NCBI GenBank assembly: GCA_051874735.1
Contig: JBJEGD010000001.1
Span: 20,893-84,892 of the forward strand
Length of the DNA stretch: 64,000 bases
Origin: Candidatus Bruticola sp.
Lineage (GTDB): Bacteria; Vulcanimicrobiota; Xenobia; Xenobiales; Xenobiaceae
Direction of reading: 5' to 3'
Shown: positions 27,920 through 38,331 of the stretch, in pieces
Numbering within the stretch: the stretch's first letter is position 1
How the letters are laid out: every line of letters begins with the position of its first letter
The notes under the pieces: model-generated
Told to the model about the DNA's origin: nothing
Database searches by the model: none
What the model saw: the letters and a program-made list of their open reading frames with translations, nothing else
Made by a program: the position numbers and the translations under genes

Positions 27920-28822
27920 ATGGAGAGTATTATTTCTTTATTTAGCAAGTTTGGCCGCAAAACTTTAGTTGGGGCGGCTTCTTGGAGTTTGGCCGCCGTA
28001 TTAACGCTCTCTTCAGCGCAGGCGCACATTATTTATAAATACTATGAAGTAGTTGGTGGCGATACCATTGAATCGATTGCTTCCCGTTACAGTATCGATC
28101 CTAAAGAGGTCTTGCGGGTCAATGCTAACACTATTGTTAGTCAGAAAGGTCTGCAAGCTGGTTCTATTTTGCTTATTCCTATCGATACTGAAGCTAAGCC
28201 GGTACCTACTAAAATTGATGTTAACGGTGCTGAAAGTGGGCCTGCTCCTTCTTTAGTTTCAATTAGCAATTCTGCAGCTGGGTCTGGCAGCAAGGCTGCT
28301 AAGAAAAAGATGGCCAAACGCCGATCTTACCGATCTCCCTCTGCTCCTGCTCCAAGTTACAGTATTGCTGTGGGATCGGATGGAAAAATTGTCAAAATCC
28401 CTAATTATATTCCTCCGTCTGATGATGAAGACTGGGATGAAAACTATCAGTCATCAGGACGCGTTAATAGTTTGCTTAGTAAAGCTAAGAGCTATATGGG
28501 AGTGCCCTATGTTTGGGGAGGATCTACGCCTTCGGGATTCGATTGCTCCGGCTATGTACAGTACGTTTACAATCAGGTGGGCATCAGTCTGCCCCGCACA
28601 GCTGATATCCAATTTAACGAAGGGCGGGCTGTAGCTTTAGGACAAGAAGTGCCTGGCGACATGGTCTTTTTTGAAACTTACGCTCCTGGTGCGTCCCATG
28701 TGGGCATATATTTAGGCAATGGCGAATTTATTCACGCGTCTTCTTCTGGCAGCGTGAAAGTAAGCAGTCTAGATGAGAGCTATTTTAAGGCCCGCTACCT
28801 AGGGGCTAAGCGAGTTTTGTAA
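27920..28822 (+). CDS. LysM + NlpC/P60 peptidoglycan endopeptidase
   Basis: Signal peptide; LysM 'YEVVGGDTIESIASRY'; 'GVPYVWGG..GFDCSG', 'HVGIY', 'FIHAS'. Confidence 0.93.
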   Translation: MESIISLFSKFGRKTLVGAASWSLAAVLTLSSAQAHIIYKYYEVVGGDTIESIASRYSIDPKEVLRVNANTIVSQKGLQAGSILLIPIDTEAKPVPTKIDVNGAESGPAPSLVSISNSAAGSGSKAAKKKMAKRRSYRSPSAPAPSYSIAVGSDGKIVKIPNYIPPSDDEDWDENYQSSGRVNSLLSKAKSYMGVPYVWGGSTPSGFDCSGYVQYVYNQVGISLPRTADIQFNEGRAVALGQEVPGDMVFFETYAPGASHVGIYLGNGEFIHASSSGSVKVSSLDESYFKARYLGAKRVL

Positions 28823-28931
28823 TAGGCTGTTTGTTTCGCTCGTTTAAAGTGTATGGGCTAACTAGTAAAATGGGGCGTTAGTGTCTTTTAGGTGTTTTTT
28901 TTAGGGAGGAGCTCATTTTCAGTTACATTTT

Positions 28932-29858
28932 TTATTGCAAACTGTTGGTATATCTGCATTGAACTGGTATGCGCAAGGTTAGACTGTTGCTTATAACTGA
29001 AGCTTTTAAAGGTAAAGTCATGGAAGATATTATACCGTCTATGCGGACTGGTATATGAGAAGCACCGCTGACAGTAATTTTGTGGGCCTGTGTATAGTGG
29101 ACGCTAGTAGAACTGTTAATATGGCGTCCAAAGTAGAAAATGGGGGCCATAGCTAAAAATTTTAATTTGCTTATGCGAGACACGATGCAGATATCAAGTT
29201 TGCCGTCGTTCATTTTAGCGTTGGGAGCGATCTGGATGCCGGAACAGTAGCATCTGGAGTTAGCGATGGTTATTTGCATAACGTCATTCATTTTCAGGCT
29301 GTGTCCGTCGATTTCTAGCTTATAATTTTGCGGAGTAAAGTCTAAAAGAGAGCTTAAACCTATTTTGAACCCGCTAAGCCAGCGCTGTATTCCTTTAGGC
29401 TCTTGCGTCGGTGCTTTGGACCACGCATGGGCGTCTAGTCCTATACCAATACTTTCGGTGAATAGTTTACCTTTTTCTATTTTACCTACATCTACTTGGC
29501 AGTTGACCCCTTCCAATGACAGGCGCAGACATTCTATAGGATGGGGCGGAAGATACAAGCTGGTGGCTAAATTATTGAAAGTTCCCAGAGGAATAATGCC
29601 TATAATACATTTACTGTTGTATGAGCCTTGGAGTACCTCTCTAACAGTATCATCGCCGCCGGCTGCAAAAATTAACTTTCCTTTAGCTGTAACCGATTTA
29701 GATAGAACGGTGGCATGTCCTGGGTATTTGCTTATGAGTAAGGAACCGCCGCGTGTTCTAGTAAACTCTGCTATAGCCCTAAGATTGCGTCCACCGCGTC
29801 CTGCTCCAGAAGCAGGATTTATAATTACATAAAATTTGGGAACAATAAGTGCAGACAT
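28932..29858 (-). CDS. DagK/YegS-family lipid kinase homologue (degenerate catalytic motifs)
   Basis: INPASG, GGDDT, PLGTFNN, VDVG, GIGLDA, IAPNAKMNDGKLD. Confidence 0.85.
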   Translation of the reverse strand: MSALIVPKFYVIINPASGAGRGGRNLRAIAEFTRTRGGSLLISKYPGHATVLSKSVTAKGKLIFAAGGDDTVREVLQGSYNSKCIIGIIPLGTFNNLATSLYLPPHPIECLRLSLEGVNCQVDVGKIEKGKLFTESIGIGLDAHAWSKAPTQEPKGIQRWLSGFKIGLSSLLDFTPQNYKLEIDGHSLKMNDVMQITIANSRCYCSGIQIAPNAKMNDGKLDICIVSRISKLKFLAMAPIFYFGRHINSSTSVHYTQAHKITVSGASHIPVRIDGIISSMTLPLKASVISNSLTLRIPVQCRYTNSLQ

Positions 29859-30045
29859 ATTTTATACTGAAAATTTGTTGTTTTCTGTATAGTATGAAGG
29901 TGCTGAATTTAAAGTAGCATCTGCTATTATAACCATAATTCTCAAATTGGTTTTATTTTACCTAGCTGTGTTTTATTAATTAAGCAGTTTACTGCTAAGC
30001 TCTTTATAAGAGCAGCTGCTCAAAGTATGAAAGACATCTTCTAAT

Positions 30046-31428
30046 ATGCAGAATGAATTAATTGATGGACCTATTAATAAAGTTCTTATTAAGCTGACTA
30101 TGCCTATTTTAGGTTCAATGTTTCTGTCTACACTGTTTAGTTTAGTAGATGCTATGTGGGTAGGACACAGCGGAGTTTTGGCGTTAGCTTCTGTAAATAT
30201 TGCGAGTTTTGCTGTCTGGATAATGACTGCTTTATCAGGTATTATTACTACTGGTACAAACTCTGTAATCGCCAATAAATTGGGAGAAGCTTCCATCAGG
30301 CCAAAGGCCGCTCAAGAAGCTTTAGAGGGGATACAGTTAAGCTTAGGAGCAGCTTTAATTACGGGACTTTTAGAGTTTCTTGTTATCTATCTGGGAGGGC
30401 GCGAACTGCTCTTTTGGATGGTCGGCGATAAAGAAAATGTCAGTGCAGTTGTCGATATAGGTTACTCTTATTTGGGAATGTTGGCCGTTTTTGCTCCGAC
30501 CGTTTGTCTTAATGAGTGTATTTCTGCCATTATGCGCGCTTACGGAGATACTCGCACTCCTCTTAAGATCTATTCCATAGGTTTTTTTCTCAATTTTATT
30601 TTAGATCCTATATTTATTTTTGGACTTTTAGGTTTGCCTAAATTAGGAGCTCTGGGAGCGGCTATAGCTTCTGATATCTCATTTTTTATAGTCAGCATAA
30701 TGTTGATCACTAAAATAGCGCGTCCTAGTTATCTTTTTCAGCTGCCACAAACTCGTCCTAATTTTAATTGGCAGTACCTTATGCGCATTATTATGGTAGG
30801 TTTGCCGCTTTCGACAGCTTCAATTATTTTTAGCGTAGTTTATATGGCTATTGCACCCATTATCAGTAGTTTCGGTCCCGAAGCTATGGCAGCTTTAGGT
30901 ATAGGCCATCGTATGGAAAGCCTAAATTATACAATTCGCTCAGGTATCGCTTTAGCTTGTATAACTATTGTTGGCCAAAATTTAGGGGCTGGTCGCATAG
31001 ATAGAGCAAAAAAAGCTGCTTGGTCAGCTATAGGGTGGTCGTTATGTGTAAGCTGTACAGTCTGTGTAGTTTTTGTTACCTTGCCTGAAATGTGTGCCTC
31101 GTTATTTAGCAGCGATAAAAGTGTTATAGAAGCTGCAGCTGGTTATCTTAGCATTATTGCTTGGTCTCAGCCCTTTGCTGCCGTGTGTGGTATTGCGGAA
31201 GGGGCGTTTGCTGGAGGACGGTGTACTTGGCCGCCTATGTGCGTAAGTATTCCCTGTTCTTTGTTGCGTATTCCCACCTGTTATACTGCAGTTTTAACTT
31301 TTGGATATGGTATTAGTTCTATTTGGTGGTCTCTGAGTTTGTTGACTATCTTGCGCGGCAGTATAGTTTTTGCCATGTTCTGTATGGGATGGTGGCTGCC
31401 TAAAAACATTACTAATAAGAAGCGTTAA
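30046..31428 (+). CDS. MATE-family efflux transporter
   Basis: About 12 TM segments; 'LVDAMWVG', 'GDTRTP', 'NFILDPIFIFG', 'GQNLGA'. Confidence 0.93.
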   Translation: MQNELIDGPINKVLIKLTMPILGSMFLSTLFSLVDAMWVGHSGVLALASVNIASFAVWIMTALSGIITTGTNSVIANKLGEASIRPKAAQEALEGIQLSLGAALITGLLEFLVIYLGGRELLFWMVGDKENVSAVVDIGYSYLGMLAVFAPTVCLNECISAIMRAYGDTRTPLKIYSIGFFLNFILDPIFIFGLLGLPKLGALGAAIASDISFFIVSIMLITKIARPSYLFQLPQTRPNFNWQYLMRIIMVGLPLSTASIIFSVVYMAIAPIISSFGPEAMAALGIGHRMESLNYTIRSGIALACITIVGQNLGAGRIDRAKKAAWSAIGWSLCVSCTVCVVFVTLPEMCASLFSSDKSVIEAAAGYLSIIAWSQPFAAVCGIAEGAFAGGRCTWPPMCVSIPCSLLRIPTCYTAVLTFGYGISSIWWSLSLLTILRGSIVFAMFCMGWWLPKNITNKKR

Positions 31429-31430
31429 AC

Positions 31431-31473
31431 TGAAAGCGATCCCAATTTTGTCAACAAAATCGGGATCGCTTCA
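31431..31473. terminator. Terminator hairpin after the MATE gene
   Basis: AAGCGATCCCAATTTTG / CAAAATCGGGATCGCTT. Confidence 0.7.
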
Positions 31474-31553
31474 TATATATGACTATATACGTAAAAATTA
31501 AGATTATCCGTTTAAAACTTGATTCGACTTTATAAGTAGTCGCTTATAAACGA

Positions 31554-31603
31554 AATCTGCCTGCCTAGGAACATTAATTGGCTGTTTCTACGGCAGGCAG
31601 ATT
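31554..31603 (-). terminator. Terminator hairpin after the PLP enzyme gene
   Basis: AATCTGCCTGCC...GGCAGGCAGATT. Confidence 0.65.
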
Positions 31604-31654
31604 CATTGTTTTAATACAGTTAAAGCTTTTATATAAGCTCAAGCCCAATAAAGT

Positions 31655-33121
31655 TTAGAGCTCTTCTAAGCCGACAGCAGCATTGAACTCGTCAATAAGC
31701 TTATCGAGCGGATCGAGACTCTGGTGCAGAGAAGTCCAGTACTCCTCGTTATACCACTGATCCTGAATTTCTTTATAGGTTTTGCCCTGTTGCTCAACCC
31801 AAGTGTAGTACTTGAGGTTATGGACACGCTTACGATCTTTATAAGTGAGCTCAGCCATGCTGTCAGTATTGCAGCCCTGCAGATAACGGGCATAAGCTAC
31901 AGCGGCGTCAACGTTTCCGAAAGCACCTCTGGCTTCAGTCATTTCTTTCAGACGGCTCTGATACATAACGGCAGAGTCAGTGAACATGGTGACGATTACG
32001 TCATTGGAACCTAACTCATAGTACTTAGCCATCTTGATAGCAGAAAGCAGGTTAGAAATAGAACTGATACCAAGCCAGCTGAGTTTATTGAGCAATTCTT
32101 CATTTACACCTAAACTCTTAAGATACTCGAGACCGGCCGACTCGTTGAGAAGGCGCAAGAGCGTGCAGGGAGCTTCGTCGTCTATGGCTACGATCATATC
32201 AGTGTTCTTGACGTTGTGTACCCACGGTACATGCTTGTCGCCAATACCTTCAATGCGGTGATCGCCGAAACCGTTCATGAGCAAAGTGGGGCACTGCATA
32301 GCTTCAGAAGCTGCAATCTTGGAATCAGGATAAAGATCCTTCATGTAATCGCCGGCCGCAATTGTGCCAGCAGAACCTGTAGCGGAAACCATACCGCGAT
32401 AACGACCACCAACCATTTTAACGGCTTCTTCCATAGCCGGGCCAGTTACATGGTAGTGCCATAAATAGTTGCCAAACTCCTCAAACTGGTTAAAAATAAC
32501 CAAATTTTCACCGGAGTTGCGGAGTTCCCAGCATTTATCAAAAATTTCTTTGACGTTACTCTCACAGCCGGGAGTAGCAATAATTTCGCCGGCTACAGTC
32601 TTGAGCCAATCAAAGCGTTCTTTGCTCATGCCTTGGGGAAGAATGGCGATAGACTGGCAGCCGAGGAGGGCGGAGTCGTAAGCACCGCCGCGGCAATAAT
32701 TACCGGTGGAGGGCCAAACGGCTTTTTGGCAGGTTGGGTCGAATTGGCCTGTTACTAAACGAGGCACCAAACAACCGAAAGCAGCACCTACTTTGTGAGC
32801 ACCGGTAGGAAACCATTTGCCGCACAAGCCAATAATCTTACAAGGCACACCCGTAATAGCTTCCGGCATTTCTATATAGTTAACGTTGCCGAAACCGCCG
32901 CCTTTTTCTACTGGCTGGTTATGCCAGTTGATGCGGAAGAGATTGAGAGGATTGACGTCCCAAAGGCCAACGTTCTCCAGAGCTTTAACAATACCGGCGG
33001 GAATAAGCTTCGGATTACGCATCTGTTTGAAGGTAGGAATACGGATCTGCTTTTCGCGGGCTCTATCAATTGTATGTTTTAAAGCTTCAGGATGAACAGT
33101 AAGATCAATGTTGTTAATCAT
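31655..33121 (-). CDS. Fold-type II PLP-dependent enzyme (cysteine synthase/TrpB-like), function unknown
   Basis: 'FPTGAHK' Schiff-base Lys, 'PSTGNY', 'NQF', 'TGSAGT', 'HRIEGIG'; GAGGTG RBS before ATG 33121. Confidence 0.85.
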   Translation of the reverse strand: MINNIDLTVHPEALKHTIDRAREKQIRIPTFKQMRNPKLIPAGIVKALENVGLWDVNPLNLFRINWHNQPVEKGGGFGNVNYIEMPEAITGVPCKIIGLCGKWFPTGAHKVGAAFGCLVPRLVTGQFDPTCQKAVWPSTGNYCRGGAYDSALLGCQSIAILPQGMSKERFDWLKTVAGEIIATPGCESNVKEIFDKCWELRNSGENLVIFNQFEEFGNYLWHYHVTGPAMEEAVKMVGGRYRGMVSATGSAGTIAAGDYMKDLYPDSKIAASEAMQCPTLLMNGFGDHRIEGIGDKHVPWVHNVKNTDMIVAIDDEAPCTLLRLLNESAGLEYLKSLGVNEELLNKLSWLGISSISNLLSAIKMAKYYELGSNDVIVTMFTDSAVMYQSRLKEMTEARGAFGNVDAAVAYARYLQGCNTDSMAELTYKDRKRVHNLKYYTWVEQQGKTYKEIQDQWYNEEYWTSLHQSLDPLDKLIDEFNAAVGLEEL

Positions 33122-33234
33122 TATAAAAAACACCTCTAAGTGCTGTGTAGTTCCGGTCTGTTCTCTATATGCCTTTTAATTCCTATTAGAAGTGCACTAA
33201 AATGAATTTTAGGCGTATATTTACTGATCAGAAT

Positions 33235-35940
33235 TTAAAAAATAACTATTTCAAGCGGCTGAGGGCGCAAATTGTAATTGCTGCTCATCGTAAAACCGTA
33301 AGCTCCGGCTGTATCGATTAGGAGTATATCTCCACTTTCAGTATAAGTTAGGCGCCTATCTCGTCCCAAAATGTCGCCTGTTTCACAAATAGGTCCGACT
33401 ATATCCGCTATTTGATTTTTAGGTTGCCCCCAGCGGCTGAGATTGACAATTTCATGGTAAGCCCCATACAGAGCAGGGCGAATCAGAGTCTGCATGCCGG
33501 CGTCGCAGCCTATAAAAAATTTGTCACCTTTTTGTTTAGTTTGGTTTACTCTGGTTAAAATAACGCCGGCTTGGGCCACTAAGAAACGTCCGGGCTCTAT
33601 CATTATTTGATATTGCGGATGATTTCTTTTAAATGACAGCAGTTTCTTATCGAGGCTGTTCAAGTCTAAAGTATCCAGATCGCGCTTTTCAGGTACTCCT
33701 AAGCCGCCGCCCAAGTCGAGATATTTTACCTTGGGAAAGTATTGAGCGCATTCAGAAAGCTGCATAGCCGATTGAGCCCAAGTTTCTGGAGTTTTTATAC
33801 CGCTGCCGCTGTGAGAATGGAGGCCGATAACTTTTATATTCAGATTAGAAGTTAAACGCTGGGCTTCGTTAAGCTCATTTACAGGAATGCCAAATTTGGA
33901 GAAGTTGCCTGCTGTGCGTACTTTGCGGCTATGTCCAGCTCCATGACCTAAGTCGAGGCGGAGAAAAACTTCTTTCTCTTTAAAAGTTTCTGGCCACAGT
34001 TGCAAAGGTTGGAGATTGTCCAAAGTTATCGTTGCACTTAATTTAAATCCTATTTCGAACTCTTTTTGGGAGGCAAAATTAGGCGTAAAAAGCAGACGGT
34101 CAGGAGATAAATCTGGCAGAAGGGTGCGAATTCTTTCTAGTTCTCCAACGGAAACACACTCGAAACCTAATCCCTGATCGGCAAAAATTTTAATAACTTC
34201 CCGATTGCTGTTAGCCTTAACAGCAAAGAAAACTTTGTCGACCGCCTGTAAATTTAAAAGAGTTTGAGCATTACTTATCAAGGTAGGCTGATGGTATATA
34301 TAGGCTGGAGTGGCAGCTATATTAAGCAGCTGCGAGCGTTCTTGTACCCACCAGGTAGATTTATATCTATCCTGTGCTTTATAAATATTGGCGGCTTCAA
34401 TAAAGTCTTGTCTGAAGCTACTGCCGAAAAGTAAAGTATCTTGGACACCGGAGAAGAGTTGAGCGTGAAGAGTTTTTAATAGCCTATCTGCTTGAGATTC
34501 ATCAACTACAAAAGTAAAGTTTAAATCGGAAGCCGCTTGACTGAGCAGATGAACTTTTTCTTCTTCAAAAATTTCTAAAGTAGGTCCCAGTTTGTGAAGG
34601 TTAGAGCGTATTTTGCGACCTACTAAGCTGAGGGCAGCGCAAGGGGCGATTAGTTTAGGGGAACAGCAGGAACTTAAATCGCTGAGAAGTTCCTGTAGCT
34701 TTGATGATCTGGATGAAGAAGTTGATTTATCCAGCGATACCGTAACGTTGCTCTGGGAAGTTGCTACTAGGTCTATAGAAAAGCCATGATTAGCAAATAT
34801 AGCGAAAGCTTGGGCGAGGAAGCCCACCTGCTGCCACATGCCTATATGATCGAGCGATATTAAAACTAAGCCATCTACAGAAGTTAAGGCTTTAACGCAA
34901 ATATTGTCGTCGGAATAATTGCTGCTTATACAAGTTCCTGCTAGTTCCGGTTTTTGAGAGCAGCGCACGTAGATAGGAATTTGAGATTCTGCCAATAGAG
35001 CGATCGCTTTGGGATTCACTACGGGAATACCGGCTGAGGCGAGCTCTTGAGCTTCTGCATAATCGAGCTGACGAATAAGGCGCGCCGAGGGGATTATATG
35101 AGGGTCAGCCGTGTAAAAGCCAGGCAGATCGCTCCAAAATTCTACTTTTTCAGCTTGTAATTTTAAACTTAGCGCAGCGGCACTCAGATCGGAGCCGCCC
35201 CGTCCTAAAAGAACCTGTTCACCATAATTATTAGAAGCAATATAACCTTGAGTGATAATTATGTCTCCACAGCTTAGTTCTTGTTGCAGTTGCAGATTTG
35301 GAGTTAAATCATCGGGGGCTGCTTCTAGATAATTAATTTGGGCAGACAGCTTGTCATTTTTTATGGTGTGCAGCGCCTTATCGGCTTCCAAAAGAATAAT
35401 TTTTTTATCGTTAAAAGTTTTACTTAGTCTGGCCTGCGCTAAAGAAGCGGTCAAACGTTCTCCCAGTCCCATGAGGCGAGCTCTAAGGCGAGGCGCTGCT
35501 TCTTGAGTTAAAGAAATTCCTAAAAGCATGCGATCTAACTCTTGAAAAATGGTTTTCCACAGATCGGGACCAGGGGAGCCTAAAAGTAGCTTAGCTAAAT
35601 TTTGATGGCGCTCTTTTAAACTTTGAATTCCTTTATTAAGCTGCTCTTCACTGAACGTATTAAGCAAAACGTTTTTTCTGCAGGCACAATCAATAAGTTC
35701 CTCTAGCGTATTAGTAACGTTTTGCAGAGCTGAAAATACAGCCACCGGAGTTTTTCCACTATGTAAGCACTCGGCAATTTGATTCTCAATATTCTGCCAA
35801 TCTTCCAAAGTATTGACAGTGCGCCCAGAAAATTTGAGTATACTAAAAGTAGGCACGCGGTTTGTGGTCTCCTTTTGTTTTTTTAATTCATACCCCAGTT
35901 GTCTGTCTGCCAAGTTTTTTGAGGGTAAAATGGTCTGCAT
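33235..35940 (-). CDS. lysA: Bifunctional aspartate kinase / diaminopimelate decarboxylase
   Basis: AK domain (LGRGGSD, YTADP, ACT repeats) fused to LysA (FAVKAN, SKFG, HSGSG, LDLGGG, EPGR, GPICETGD, GAYG). Confidence 0.92.
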   Translation of the reverse strand: MQTILPSKNLADRQLGYELKKQKETTNRVPTFSILKFSGRTVNTLEDWQNIENQIAECLHSGKTPVAVFSALQNVTNTLEELIDCACRKNVLLNTFSEEQLNKGIQSLKERHQNLAKLLLGSPGPDLWKTIFQELDRMLLGISLTQEAAPRLRARLMGLGERLTASLAQARLSKTFNDKKIILLEADKALHTIKNDKLSAQINYLEAAPDDLTPNLQLQQELSCGDIIITQGYIASNNYGEQVLLGRGGSDLSAAALSLKLQAEKVEFWSDLPGFYTADPHIIPSARLIRQLDYAEAQELASAGIPVVNPKAIALLAESQIPIYVRCSQKPELAGTCISSNYSDDNICVKALTSVDGLVLISLDHIGMWQQVGFLAQAFAIFANHGFSIDLVATSQSNVTVSLDKSTSSSRSSKLQELLSDLSSCCSPKLIAPCAALSLVGRKIRSNLHKLGPTLEIFEEEKVHLLSQAASDLNFTFVVDESQADRLLKTLHAQLFSGVQDTLLFGSSFRQDFIEAANIYKAQDRYKSTWWVQERSQLLNIAATPAYIYHQPTLISNAQTLLNLQAVDKVFFAVKANSNREVIKIFADQGLGFECVSVGELERIRTLLPDLSPDRLLFTPNFASQKEFEIGFKLSATITLDNLQPLQLWPETFKEKEVFLRLDLGHGAGHSRKVRTAGNFSKFGIPVNELNEAQRLTSNLNIKVIGLHSHSGSGIKTPETWAQSAMQLSECAQYFPKVKYLDLGGGLGVPEKRDLDTLDLNSLDKKLLSFKRNHPQYQIMIEPGRFLVAQAGVILTRVNQTKQKGDKFFIGCDAGMQTLIRPALYGAYHEIVNLSRWGQPKNQIADIVGPICETGDILGRDRRLTYTESGDILLIDTAGAYGFTMSSNYNLRPQPLEIVIF

Positions 35941-35998
35941 TAGGACTAAACAGACAATTAATTTTGGTATTTCTAGATCGTTATTTACAGCTGGTAGT

Positions 35999-37357
35999 TT
36001 ATTGTATGACTCTCAGCCCCGAATGTGGTGAGTTGTTGAGCAGGGTAAACTCTCCGCTTTTAGAGCGGTGCTCAGCTATAGTATCGACAATAGTTTCGGC
36101 TAAATAGACCGGATCATGTCGCACTACGGTTTCTTCACTAACTAAATTAGCTACAATAGGCTGAACCTGCATAGTTCTTAGACGCGCCAGATCCGCTTTT
36201 ATAGGATGGGCACCTGTTTTTTGGTATTTTTTGCGCAGTTTGCTAGGCGGAGCTGCATTGACAATTATATAATCTACTATACCTGATCCCACGTGGTGGT
36301 ATATGGCTTGTAGGTGATCGGCGGCCGTATATTTGCTTGTTTCTCCAGGTTGAGTCATGACATTGCAGACATAAATTTTAGGAGCTTTAGCTTTTTTTAC
36401 TGCATCGGCGATGCCGTTTATGAGCAGCGGAGGAATGACGCTGGTATACAGACTGCCGGGGCCTAAAACGATGCAGTCCGCTTCAGCAATAGCTTTCAGT
36501 ACTTCGTCGGGGGGAGTGCAGTTGCGTGGCTCTAGAAAGGCGTCGATTATTTGACCGTTAGCCTTGGGAATTTCACTCTCTCCTTTTATAATTCTGCCGT
36601 CGCGCATTTTTGCGCATAAAGTAGTCGAAGTTAGAGTTGCTGGGAGCACGCGTCCTCTAATATTTAGAATTTGGCTGCCTTTACGCAAAGCTTCCTCAAA
36701 GTCATTGTCGTACATGTCAGTTAGGGCCGCTAAAAATAAGTTGCCAAAGGAGTGGCCTTCTAACCCCTGTCCATCGCGGAATCTGTAACGAAATAATTCG
36801 TTGAGCAGATTCTCATCATCGGCCAGAGCGGTCATGCAGTTGCGCAAATCACCTGGGGGCAATATACCTAGCTCTTTAGATAGGCGTCCTGAGCTGCCGC
36901 CGTCGTCAGAGACACTGACTATCGCTGTAATATTAGAGGTATATTTTTTCAAACCGCGCAGCAGAGTTGAGAGCCCAGTTCCTCCGCCTAAAGCTGTAAT
37001 TTTCAATCCGTGGCTCAGTTGGCGTTTTTCGTACACTAAGTCTACTATAGAGCGAGCGGCAGCGGGACGTTCGGTGCTGTAAATAACTGTAAAGACATGA
37101 TAAACAGACCACCATATAACTGTTAGTCCCAGTACCGTCATAATTATATCGATAGTAATCCCGGAAATATCGAAACCAACAGCATCGTGCAGGATATTCT
37201 GCAGAGAAATTTCTATAGATAAGGACGTCTTTCTGGACAGTAACAACATCAGACCGGTAGCAAAAAGCCACAGTCCTAAAGCTATAGATAATATCCAGCG
37301 TTTGACTCCCATACCGGGCAGCAGCCACTTGAAGAGGCTAAAAAATTTGTTCAGCAA
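35999..37357 (-). CDS. yvcK: YvcK/GlmR (CofD-related) UDP-GlcNAc-binding protein with N-terminal TM segments
   Basis: GGGTGL, DDGGSSGRL, PPGDLRN, GHSFGNL, GPGSLYTS, NVMTQPGET, RHDP. Confidence 0.93.
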   Translation of the reverse strand: MLNKFFSLFKWLLPGMGVKRWILSIALGLWLFATGLMLLLSRKTSLSIEISLQNILHDAVGFDISGITIDIIMTVLGLTVIWWSVYHVFTVIYSTERPAAARSIVDLVYEKRQLSHGLKITALGGGTGLSTLLRGLKKYTSNITAIVSVSDDGGSSGRLSKELGILPPGDLRNCMTALADDENLLNELFRYRFRDGQGLEGHSFGNLFLAALTDMYDNDFEEALRKGSQILNIRGRVLPATLTSTTLCAKMRDGRIIKGESEIPKANGQIIDAFLEPRNCTPPDEVLKAIAEADCIVLGPGSLYTSVIPPLLINGIADAVKKAKAPKIYVCNVMTQPGETSKYTAADHLQAIYHHVGSGIVDYIIVNAAPPSKLRKKYQKTGAHPIKADLARLRTMQVQPIVANLVSEETVVRHDPVYLAETIVDTIAEHRSKSGEFTLLNNSPHSGLRVIQ

Positions 37358-37358
37358 T

Positions 37359-38273
37359 TTAACTGTTTTTCCTAATATTATCGCTTATAGAATTTGAGCT
37401 TTCTGCAGGAGACAAACGAGTGTCGCGATGCTCTACCGAAGTTTCGCAATGGTGTTTCTTCATTAACGAAGCTACTTCTTCGGCCAACGCTACGGAGCGA
37501 TGGCGACCTCCGGTGCAACCGAAAGCTACATTTACCTGCTGTTTGCCCTCTTTTAAATATTGGGGCAGAAGGAAAATCAGCAGACTGACAATTTTTTGCA
37601 AAAACGTGTGATAAGTTGCGAAAGAATGCAAATAATTCTTTACTGGCTCATCTAGACCGGATAAGCCGCGCAGTTCTGGTAGATAGTAAGGATTGGGTAA
37701 AAATCTGCAATCAAAGATAAGATCTACATCGGTGGGGGTACCATATTTAAAACCGAAACTAACTGCATGAAGTTTGCTTCCAGTCGTATTTTTAGAACTG
37801 AATTTTTGAAAAATTAGACCGCGCAATTGATGGGTTGTCATTTGAGAAGTATCTAAAACTAAAGAAGCTCTTTCCCTAAGAAAACGCAGTTTATCACGCT
37901 CCTTTATTATACCGTTGAGAACCCTGTCGTTGGGAGCTAAAGGATGTTGGCGGCGGGATTCTGCATAACGGCGTACTAACACTTCGTCGCTGGCATCTAA
38001 AAAAACTATATAAGGGGAAGAGTCCATTTGTTCTAACTGCTCTAAAACGGTCGTTAGATCGCTAAAGAATTGTTGGCTGCGTATATCTGTAGCAACAGCT
38101 AAGCGATTAATATTAGAAGCAAAGCACAACTTTATAAGTTCGGGAAGGAGTACAGGCGGTATGTTGTCGGCACAATAATAATTTTGCTCTTCAAAGCACT
38201 TCATAACCTGACTTTTGCCCGATCCAGAAAGTCCGGTTACCATAACAAAATTGCGCTTAGTGTCTTTCTGCAT
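37359..38273 (-). CDS. rapZ: RNase adaptor / P-loop NTPase RapZ (YvcJ)
   Basis: TGLSGSGKS, DIRS, RRQHPL, SFGFKYG, RFLPNPY, GCTGGRHRS. Confidence 0.95.
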   Translation of the reverse strand: MQKDTKRNFVMVTGLSGSGKSQVMKCFEEQNYYCADNIPPVLLPELIKLCFASNINRLAVATDIRSQQFFSDLTTVLEQLEQMDSSPYIVFLDASDEVLVRRYAESRRQHPLAPNDRVLNGIIKERDKLRFLRERASLVLDTSQMTTHQLRGLIFQKFSSKNTTGSKLHAVSFGFKYGTPTDVDLIFDCRFLPNPYYLPELRGLSGLDEPVKNYLHSFATYHTFLQKIVSLLIFLLPQYLKEGKQQVNVAFGCTGGRHRSVALAEEVASLMKKHHCETSVEHRDTRLSPAESSNSISDNIRKNS

Positions 38274-38331
38274 ATTCTTTCCTTGCTGTAATTAGTGCAT
38301 AAAAAAACTTAGATCAAGTAACACAGAACTG

